Below, piece after piece: positions 19,044 through 26,571 of a stretch of DNA of 60,303 nt (within the stretch, counting starts at the first letter, position 1; the number at the start of each line of letters is the position of its first letter). The stretch covers positions 1,072 through 61,374 of the forward strand of contig MFIE01000019.1 of the NCBI GenBank assembly GCA_001778785.1, in the 5' to 3' direction. This DNA is from Candidatus Giovannonibacteria bacterium RIFCSPLOWO2_01_FULL_46_13 (lineage in GTDB: Bacteria > Patescibacteriota > Minisyncoccia > JACPKW01 > UBA11713). The notes under the pieces are model-generated. The model saw only the letters and a program-made list of their open reading frames with translations. It was not told the DNA's origin and made no database searches. Made by a program: the position numbers and the translations under genes.

Positions 19044-19966
19044 TCAAAAAATTTATAGCCCTTGTCCGTTGGGCTGAAAATAATTCCTTTTTCCGAAAGA
19101 GTTTTCTTAAACTCCTGGTGGAACGCATTTAACTCTTCCTCCATTGCGAATCGGGCTTTGATTACGGCTACTGCCGCGAGCAGATCTTTGTCGGCGTTTC
19201 TTATGATTTCATCCGCGCGTTTCATCCTTGAGAGAATATTTGCTTCCGTCAAAGCAAAATTTTCATATCCCTTTGGTGTGGGAAGGTTCTTGATCGCGTC
19301 GATGCTTTTCCCGAATGCGTTAATTACCGGATCAATTTTTTCCAATTCTCCAGAATTTTCGGTTTCGAGGAATTTTATGAAAGAAGTTATGTCTCCTTCG
19401 GTAATGCCGGCAAAAGCGGACTCGTAGGCGAGGTGATGCAACTCATTAAAATATTTTTTTACCGATGAGGCGTCGTTTTTGTCCGAGATTTTAAGGTCGG
19501 ATGCGCTTATTCGCGCGGTCTCGCCTAATATCGCTTCCGGATTCGGGATAAAGCCCGCGATCCCCTCAAGGTCGGATTTGGAAATATCGGCTAGGCCGTT
19601 TTCCTCAAGAATTCTCGGACCTATGGCGTTCGCGAAGGCCTGCGAAAAAGCCTCGGTGAAGTTTGGAGTCTCGGCATTCTCGGGAGAACCTGTGTTGTTG
19701 TGGCTTGCTTCCTGGCCGTCGGGAATCCCGTCGCCGTCAGTATCCGCGTTCATTGGGTCGGTCTCCCACAGCACTTCTTCCCAGTCTTTCAGCCCATCTT
19801 TGTCCGAATCGAGAAGGGCGGCTTTGTTGGACTGGGCTAATTCCTCGTTTAAATAAACCTCCTCCCCGTTAAAAGCTGAAGAAAAATAGTAAAACCAAGA
19901 AAACATCCCTATGCCTAGGATTATAAAAAAGCTAAATATAAGTCTTGGGCTCAATAATTTCGTCAC
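19040..19966 (-). CDS. Membrane-anchored protein with thrombospondin type-3-like Ca-binding repeats
   Basis: TM helix, then DSDKDGLKDWEE and DTDGDGIPDGQE (DxDxDG motifs). Confidence 0.5.
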   Translation of the reverse strand: MTKLLSPRLIFSFFIILGIGMFSWFYYFSSAFNGEEVYLNEELAQSNKAALLDSDKDGLKDWEEVLWETDPMNADTDGDGIPDGQEASHNNTGSPENAETPNFTEAFSQAFANAIGPRILEENGLADISKSDLEGIAGFIPNPEAILGETARISASDLKISDKNDASSVKKYFNELHHLAYESAFAGITEGDITSFIKFLETENSGELEKIDPVINAFGKSIDAIKNLPTPKGYENFALTEANILSRMKRADEIIRNADKDLLAAVAVIKARFAMEEELNAFHQEFKKTLSEKGIIFSPTDKGYKFFD

Positions 19967-20057
19967 CCTACTTTATTATAGGGGGTTTCCTGTTATAAAT
20001 TTGTGCATAAACCCGCCAATAAATGTTATTGGATGCTGGATAAATGGTGGAAAACTT

Positions 20058-20786
20058 TTATCGGAGTATTTCTTTCCAGTTCTCGAGCGAAAGCTCTTCC
20101 GGTCGCCTCGTCAAATATTTCTCCGGGAGGGAGATCTTCTTTCCGAGCGAGTGGCGGAGCATTTTTCTCTTCTGTCGGAAGGCGTTATGCAAAATTTCGA
20201 AGAATTTTTCCTCTTTAATCTTGTTTTTTCTAAAAAAGTTATCCGAAATGTTTGAAATCTTTATTATCGCTGAGTCTACTTTTGGCGCGGGCGAAAAATT
20301 TCCTTTGGAGATCTTTTTAATGAATTCAACTTTCCCATAAGCCTGCGTACAGAGGGCCAACAAATTCATTTCCGGCGGAGCGGCGGAAATTCTTTTTGCA
20401 ACTTCGTACTGGACCATGAGCACCAAAAGGCGCGGCTTGTTTTTTGCCGAGAGGAAATTTTTTAGGAAGTGTGAAGTGATGTAGTATGGTATGTTCGCGA
20501 CGATTTTTGCCCCTGGAATATTTTCAAATTTCAAAATATCTTCCTGGATGATTTTTACATTTTTAGAGCCCTGAAATTTTTCTACGAGGATGGGGATCAA
20601 GTCGCGGTCTTTTTCGACGGCGACAACTTTTTTCGCCCTTGCGGCGAGGACTTCGGTTAAGCTCCCCAACCCCGGCCCAACTTCCAAAACCGTATCGGCA
20701 CTCCCGACTTCCGCAACCTCCGCCATCTTTTCCAAGATGGATTTATTTTTCAAGAAATTTTGCCCAAATATTTTTTTTGCTTCCAT
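20058..20786 (-). CDS. rsmA: 16S rRNA (adenine1518/1519-N6) dimethyltransferase
   Basis: QNFL start, SAM motif VLEVGPGLGSLT, and NIPYYI. Confidence 0.9.
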   Translation of the reverse strand: MEAKKIFGQNFLKNKSILEKMAEVAEVGSADTVLEVGPGLGSLTEVLAARAKKVVAVEKDRDLIPILVEKFQGSKNVKIIQEDILKFENIPGAKIVANIPYYITSHFLKNFLSAKNKPRLLVLMVQYEVAKRISAAPPEMNLLALCTQAYGKVEFIKKISKGNFSPAPKVDSAIIKISNISDNFFRKNKIKEEKFFEILHNAFRQKRKMLRHSLGKKISLPEKYLTRRPEELSLENWKEILR

Positions 20787-20787
20787 A

Positions 20788-22719
20788 TTACTCCAATGTT
20801 ATTGTCGCCTCCTCGGCCCTTTCTAAAAGCTCTTCCGGGATGTCAAAAAGAAATTTTGAAGGAAGGTTTATTTTTCTCTCGCCGAAAATTGTGCGGAAGA
20901 CAGAATACGAAAGATAAATTTTCTCTTTCGAACGAGTGAGCGCCACGTAAAAAAGTCTTCGCTCTTCTTCCTCACGAAGCTCTGCGTTGTCTCCGGAAAG
21001 TGCGGAGTGCGGGAAGAGGCCTTCTTCGAGCCCAGCGATGAAAATCGCTTTAAATTCAAGGCCTTTTGCGGCGTGCACGGTCATGAGCTTGATGGAATTT
21101 TCTTCTTTTTTTATCGTGTCCTGGTCGGACATCAATGCCGCGTCTTCCAACAATTTTAAAATTCCTTCCGGCGCCGATCCGCCAGCCGGCGGATCGTATC
21201 TTTTTGCGAGCGTTACTAATTCTTGGATGTTTGCCAAGCGCATCTCCCCTTCCTCCGTGCCGTCGTTAAAATATTCTTCTAGTCCGGATTTTTTTATGAT
21301 GGCTTTTATTGCCTCCGAAGATTTTTTTTCTGTAACTTCTTTTTTAACCTCTTCCAATATTTTTTTAAACTCCACGATCTTGTTCTGCTCTTTTGGGCTA
21401 AGTTCCTCTCCTGATAAAATTTTTGTCAATAAAACTTTTCCAATCCCCCGCGGAGGGAAGTTCGTGATGCGCTTCATGGATAAAACATCGTCCGGGTTTA
21501 AGGCCGCGCGAAGGTAAGCGAGGGTATCCTTGATTTCCTTTCTTTCGTAAAACCGGACGCCGATAACTTGGTACGAAATATTTTTTTCAAGCATTTTTTC
21601 TTCGATGATCCGCGACTGGAAATTGGTGCGGTATAAAACCGCAATCTCTCGCGGAGGCATCCCTCCGCCGGCCGGCGGATTTACCAAATGGTTTGCGATC
21701 TCCGCTATGAAAGTCGCCTCCTCTTCTTCGTTGGAAGCTTCGAACAAAGTTATTTTCGGCCCAGATTTTTTCCTGGAAAAAAGATTTTTTGGGACGCGCG
21801 CTTTATTTTTCACGATGACCGCGTTTGCCGCGTCCAAAATTAATTGCGTGGACCTATAATTTTCTTCGAGCGTTATCATTTTCGCATCTGGCCAGTCGCG
21901 TTCGAAGTGCAAGATATTCCTGAAGTCGGCTCCCCTCCAGGAATAAATTGCCTGGTCGATATCGCCCACGACGCAAATGTTCCGGTATTTTTGGGCGAGA
22001 AGTTTTGTCAGGTGGTATTGCACGAGATTCGTATCTTGGTACTCGTCTACGTGTATATATTTGAACCTTTCCTGCCAAAATAGGAGAATTTCTGGGTTTT
22101 TAGTGAAAAGCTCGACCGTTTTCAATAATAAGTCGTCAAAATCAAGGGCTTTTGCGTTGGTGAGCTTTTCTTCGTACTTTCGCCAGGTTTCAAGCAGGAT
22201 ATTGCCGAACTGCCCGCTTCCCGAGGAACTCCAGTCGTTCGGGTTCTCCATTTCGTTCTTTTTCCTGGATATGATGTTCCTTAATTTTTTAGCTTCGTAC
22301 TTTTTCGGGTCGAGGCCCATGTCGTTGAGTGCCTCCTTTATCATGGCGAGGGCATCTTCCTCGTCCATGATGGAAAAACTTCTCGGGATTCCGATCGCTT
22401 TTCCGGAATTGCGGAGGATGTACACGCAAAAACTATGGAAGGTCCCAACCCATGGACCGGGTGCTTGCTCGTCGTATGGGTGGCTTTTCATCGCCGAAAT
22501 ACGGGTCCGCATTTCTTCGGCGGCTTTATTTGTGAAAGTTATGGCCAGTATTGACTCTGGTTTGACACCTTTCTCGATCAAATGCGAAATGCGATGGGTC
22601 AAAACCATCGTTTTGCCGGAACCGGCGCCCGCAACTATCAATACTGGGCCTTCCGATGTCAATATTGCTTCCTCTTGCGACGGGTTAGGGGAAGAATGTT
22701 CAAAATTTTTAGGCATCAA
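20788..22719 (-). CDS. UvrD/PcrA-type ATP-dependent DNA helicase
   Basis: Motif I AGAGSGKT, motif II VDEYQDTN, VLYRTNFQSR, and TVHAAKGLEF. Confidence 0.9.
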   Translation of the reverse strand: MMPKNFEHSSPNPSQEEAILTSEGPVLIVAGAGSGKTMVLTHRISHLIEKGVKPESILAITFTNKAAEEMRTRISAMKSHPYDEQAPGPWVGTFHSFCVYILRNSGKAIGIPRSFSIMDEEDALAMIKEALNDMGLDPKKYEAKKLRNIISRKKNEMENPNDWSSSGSGQFGNILLETWRKYEEKLTNAKALDFDDLLLKTVELFTKNPEILLFWQERFKYIHVDEYQDTNLVQYHLTKLLAQKYRNICVVGDIDQAIYSWRGADFRNILHFERDWPDAKMITLEENYRSTQLILDAANAVIVKNKARVPKNLFSRKKSGPKITLFEASNEEEEATFIAEIANHLVNPPAGGGMPPREIAVLYRTNFQSRIIEEKMLEKNISYQVIGVRFYERKEIKDTLAYLRAALNPDDVLSMKRITNFPPRGIGKVLLTKILSGEELSPKEQNKIVEFKKILEEVKKEVTEKKSSEAIKAIIKKSGLEEYFNDGTEEGEMRLANIQELVTLAKRYDPPAGGSAPEGILKLLEDAALMSDQDTIKKEENSIKLMTVHAAKGLEFKAIFIAGLEEGLFPHSALSGDNAELREEEERRLFYVALTRSKEKIYLSYSVFRTIFGERKINLPSKFLFDIPEELLERAEEATITLE

Positions 22720-22833
22720 TTTAGGATAACACGCAAGTTTGGCACTTCAAATTTTTGGCTAAAAATAAGGGGTTTTGACACTTTTTTAAAAAATAATTGC
22801 TATTTTTTCTGGGGATAAAGTGGGTAAAAATCA

Positions 22834-22862
22834 TTGACCCAAGCTTATTAAAATTGTAAAAT
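22834..22862 (+). promoter_or_regulatory. Sigma70-like promoter for the LysM/M23 gene
   Basis: TTGACC (22834-22839), 17-nt spacer, TAAAAT (22857-22862). Confidence 0.45.
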
Positions 22863-23001
22863 ATATCGGTAAGGTAGTTTCAGAATTTTTCCATCCTTTG
22901 CCCAAAGGTCACACTACCTTTTACTCCTAACTAGACTTTTAACTATTAAGATTACAATTTGGCGCGCTTTTTCTTCTTGGATAGATAAGAAGCGCTGTAT
23001 A

Positions 23002-24027
23002 TTGCTCACCTTTAGGTCCCAGGGAAAGGAAAAATTCCTCCTGGTCTCCTTTTTGCTATCATTTCTTTTCAGCCTTCCGCAGGCCGAGGCAAAGTTTTTT
23101 ACAATGTTCGAAAAGATTTTAGGGAAAACTACAGTTTCAAGTTCGAGCGGGCTTAGCTCGCAGGTCTTGCCTCTGCTTTCCGCCCCCCTTAACTCCAACC
23201 TTTTGGCAGGAACAGGAGGAGGCGAAGTCTCTATTGTCCAGAATTCGGCAATACTCCCCATGACCGGTCCCTTGGGATCGATGGCGGATGTGCAGGAAAA
23301 TAAGTCCGATGCTATTAGCCTTTATCTCGTCCGTGAGGGCGATACCATCTCCGAGATCGCTGAATTATTTGATGTAACGCCCAATACTATCCGTTGGGCC
23401 AATAATTTGAAAGGCGGGGGGCTAATTTCTCCCGGACAGGTCTTGGTGATTCTCCCGGTTTCCGGCCTACAATATAAAGTCCAGAAAGGGGATACGGTCG
23501 CGAGCATCGTAAAGAAATTCGGCGGAGACACTGACGAAATATTAAGTTTTAATGATTTAAGTTCGAGCTCCGGCCTAACCGTTGGGACAACTCTTATAAT
23601 TCCAAACGGCGAAGCACAGGTGATCGTGCAGGCTCCAACAAAACCAAAATCTATCGCTTCCAAAGCTTCCGGCCCTTCGTACCAAGGATATTACGCCCGG
23701 CCGATTTCTGGCGGGATACGCACGCAGGGGATCCACGGATATAACGGGGTGGATCTTGCTAACTCCTGTGGAACGCCTATCGCGGCCTCCGCCGCTGGAA
23801 ATGTTTTGATCGCTAGGTCTTCCGGATGGAACTCCGGTTACGGGCAATATGTTGTCGTTGGCCATCCAAACGGTACGCAAACTTTATATGCCCACATGAA
23901 TGGGATCGTTGTTGCCCCGGGTTGGGAAGTCTATCAAGGCCAAATTTTGGGATACTTAGGCACGACCGGACTCTCGACCGGCTGTCACATTCACTTCGAA
24001 GTTCGCGGCGCCAGGAACCCGTTCTAA
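23002..24027 (+). CDS. Secreted LysM-domain M23 peptidoglycan endopeptidase
   Basis: Signal peptide, two LysM repeats (YLVREGDTISEIAELF, YKVQKGDTVASIVKKF), and M23 motifs HGYNGVDLA and GCHIHFEVR. TTG start as listed; exact start uncertain. Confidence 0.85.
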   Translation: MLTFRSQGKEKFLLVSFLLSFLFSLPQAEAKFFTMFEKILGKTTVSSSSGLSSQVLPLLSAPLNSNLLAGTGGGEVSIVQNSAILPMTGPLGSMADVQENKSDAISLYLVREGDTISEIAELFDVTPNTIRWANNLKGGGLISPGQVLVILPVSGLQYKVQKGDTVASIVKKFGGDTDEILSFNDLSSSSGLTVGTTLIIPNGEAQVIVQAPTKPKSIASKASGPSYQGYYARPISGGIRTQGIHGYNGVDLANSCGTPIAASAAGNVLIARSSGWNSGYGQYVVVGHPNGTQTLYAHMNGIVVAPGWEVYQGQILGYLGTTGLSTGCHIHFEVRGARNPF

Positions 24028-24084
24028 TTTCACGATCTCGCGTTGCATTTTTTACTCAACGCGTAAGTATTGTAGTATTTTGAT

Positions 24085-25545
24085 ATGCTGTTTAATTCGC
24101 GGACTTTTCTAGTCTTCTATATTGTTGTAACAAGTCTTTACTTTTTGATTCCGCATCGCTTAAGATGGCTACTTCTACTTGCGGGGAGCATTGTTTTCTA
24201 TATGGCTTTCGTGCCGGCGTATATCTTGATTCTTGGCTGGACGATAGTCGTTGATTATTTTGCGGGCTTATTCATTGAAAAAGCAACGGGACAGAAAAGA
24301 AAACTCTTTTTGATTGTAAGTCTTGTCTCGAATGTTGGTGTTTTGGCGTTCTTTAAGTATTTCAATTTTCTGAACGAAAGCCTGACTGCACTTTTGGGGA
24401 CTATTGGAATTGCGAATTCCGTCCCGTTCCTGACGATTCTTCTCCCAATAGGGTTGTCGTTTCATACATTTCAGGCAATGAGTTATACGATTGAGGTTTA
24501 TCGCGGCCGGAACGCAGAACGAAACTTCGGTATTTTTGCCCTATACGTGATGTTCTACCCCCAGCTTGTCGCGGGACCTATTGAGCGGCCTCAGAATTTA
24601 CTCCATCAGTTTTATGAAAAGCACGAGTTTGATTACCGGAGAATGTCGGATGGCATCAAGCTAATGCTTTGGGGCCTCTTTAAAAAAGCCGTCATTGCTG
24701 ACCGGCTTGCCATTCTAGTGGACAGGGTATATGCCGACCCATTGAGTTACGGGGGTGCGCATTTTATTGTAGCGACTGTGTTTTTTGCTTTCCAGATTTA
24801 TTGTGACTTTTCCGGCTATACTGATATGGCCAGAGGGGCTGCGCATACGATGGGATTTCGTTTGATGGAAAATTTTCTCCGGCCGTATCATGCCCGCTCG
24901 GTCCAAGAATTTTGGAGAAGGTGGCATATCTCATTAACAACCTGGTTTAGGGATTATCTTTATATTCCGCTTGGAGGAAACCGGGTCCCGCTTACGAGGT
25001 GGTATTTTAATATTTTTATCGTTTTTTTAATAAGCGGACTTTGGCATGGGGCGAGTTGGAATTTTATCATTTGGGGAGCTCTGCACGGCTTATTTTTACT
25101 TATGTCGATTTCTACAAAAAGAATTCGCGAAGCTTTTGTGCGCGCCGTGCGTCTCGATCGCGTTCCAGTGGTTCACAATCTTTTACAGACATTAATCACG
25201 TTTTCCCTTGTAGCATTCGCGTGGATTTTTTTCAGAGCAAGTTCACTTGCTGATGCGCTCTATATTGTTTTCCACCTGCCAGAGGGTGTAGTATCGCTTT
25301 TCGATATTACATCATTGCCGCAAATTTTCGGCGGTTTTCGTCTAAGGGGCGTGGAGCTCACTCTAGCATTCTTCGGACTCGCGCTTTTGGGGATAGTTGA
25401 ATACCTTGAACGTTTCGGAAGTATTCGCGAGCGTATAAAGAGGTATCCGCTATGGGTCAGGTGGTCTATGGCCTATGCTCTGCTAGCGGGCGCATATTTT
25501 CTGGGAGTATACGACGACATCGAATTTATTTATTTTCAATTTTGA
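24085..25545 (+). CDS. MBOAT-family membrane O-acyltransferase (DltB/AlgI-like)
   Basis: 486 aa polytopic protein with FWRRWHISLTTWFRDYLYIPLGGNR and SGLWHGA (conserved His). Confidence 0.85.
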   Translation: MLFNSRTFLVFYIVVTSLYFLIPHRLRWLLLLAGSIVFYMAFVPAYILILGWTIVVDYFAGLFIEKATGQKRKLFLIVSLVSNVGVLAFFKYFNFLNESLTALLGTIGIANSVPFLTILLPIGLSFHTFQAMSYTIEVYRGRNAERNFGIFALYVMFYPQLVAGPIERPQNLLHQFYEKHEFDYRRMSDGIKLMLWGLFKKAVIADRLAILVDRVYADPLSYGGAHFIVATVFFAFQIYCDFSGYTDMARGAAHTMGFRLMENFLRPYHARSVQEFWRRWHISLTTWFRDYLYIPLGGNRVPLTRWYFNIFIVFLISGLWHGASWNFIIWGALHGLFLLMSISTKRIREAFVRAVRLDRVPVVHNLLQTLITFSLVAFAWIFFRASSLADALYIVFHLPEGVVSLFDITSLPQIFGGFRLRGVELTLAFFGLALLGIVEYLERFGSIRERIKRYPLWVRWSMAYALLAGAYFLGVYDDIEFIYFQF

Positions 25546-25548
25546 TTT

Positions 25549-26571
25549 ATGATTAGCCAAGATTTTGTAAAATTTGCAGCTCGCGCGTCTATTTTTTCTT
25601 TAGGCTTTTTGGCACTTTTTGCTCTGGCCTCCCTGCATTTTCATTATCGCATCGTTGCCCGCGACAATGTGTTTATTTTACTAAATGCATTTCGGAACGA
25701 GTCTATACAACCACGTGTCGTGATTTTGGGCGATTCCCATGCTACGTTTGATATTTTGTCTGCCAAATTTCCAAGGGAATATTATAATTTTGCTTACCCG
25801 AGCGAGAATTGGAGAAAATTTGTCCTCCGTGCGCGGGCCACCATAAATTTGAAAGATTCGCTAGAATACATAATAGTGCCCTTGGATTATTATCAATTTT
25901 CACCGACGCGTGCCAGGCATGTTTTCTTTACAGACTATCTTTTTTTCTCGCCAATAGAGGATATAAGAGACGTTTATCATCCTTCGCTTTTGGAGCTATT
26001 CAAGGCAAAAGTTTCTTCCGTCCTCCCGCTTGTGAGCCCGTCCAATCGCAATACATACCGACGCGTGCTCGGGGAAGATATATACAAATTTTTTGGCGGA
26101 AAGGAAAAAGGAAAAATGATTTATATCGGAGAACACAATGAGTTGCGATGGGAAGGCGAAAGTGTCGTGTGGAGCGAGTTGCCTGGCGAAAAAAAGCGGT
26201 TTGCGATATTTGATCGCGAAAAAGAGCAATTTCTAAAACCGTTTATTGATGGCGATTTGTACAATGTTTTCGAGGAATTTTTTTCGTTTGCCCAGGCTCA
26301 TGATGTAAAAGTTATCGGGGTTTTTTATCCGACTACCCTAGAATATAACGAAGTTCTTTCGCGTTTTGATAAGGAAACCGGCAATATCACGGCGCTTGGG
26401 GAAAAATATAAAAATCTTCCCTTACACGCAACGCTCGATTACCGGAATGTTTTTGATGATCATCAGGAATATTTTAGCGACACTGACCACCTAAATCGAA
26501 ATGGTGCAGGAATATTTACGGAAATCATTCTTCGGGATTTGGAGAAGATTATAGAAAAAACGGAGCCTTAG
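25549..26571 (+). CDS. Membrane-anchored SGNH-like partner of the MBOAT (DltD/AlgJ/AlgX-like)
   Basis: N-terminal TM helix, VVILGDSHA (GDS block), and C-terminal DTDHLNRNGA (DxxH block). Starts 4 nt after the MBOAT gene. Confidence 0.55.
   Translation: MISQDFVKFAARASIFSLGFLALFALASLHFHYRIVARDNVFILLNAFRNESIQPRVVILGDSHATFDILSAKFPREYYNFAYPSENWRKFVLRARATINLKDSLEYIIVPLDYYQFSPTRARHVFFTDYLFFSPIEDIRDVYHPSLLELFKAKVSSVLPLVSPSNRNTYRRVLGEDIYKFFGGKEKGKMIYIGEHNELRWEGESVVWSELPGEKKRFAIFDREKEQFLKPFIDGDLYNVFEEFFSFAQAHDVKVIGVFYPTTLEYNEVLSRFDKETGNITALGEKYKNLPLHATLDYRNVFDDHQEYFSDTDHLNRNGAGIFTEIILRDLEKIIEKTEP

Noticed and set aside
21977-22729. 250-aa plus-strand ORF within uvrD, plus other antisense ORFs in the track (e.g. 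14736..15272, 50296..50991, 30844..31473)
   Set aside because: All lie opposite strongly supported genes and lack motifs and start signals.
22863-23001. Structured 5' leader of the LysM/M23 gene considered as a c-di-AMP (ydaO-type) riboswitch
   Set aside because: It contains only two short helices (AAGGTAG/CTACCTT and CCTTT/AAAGG). I could not see the pseudo-two-fold architecture or the conserved ACGGGG/CCCGA-type blocks.
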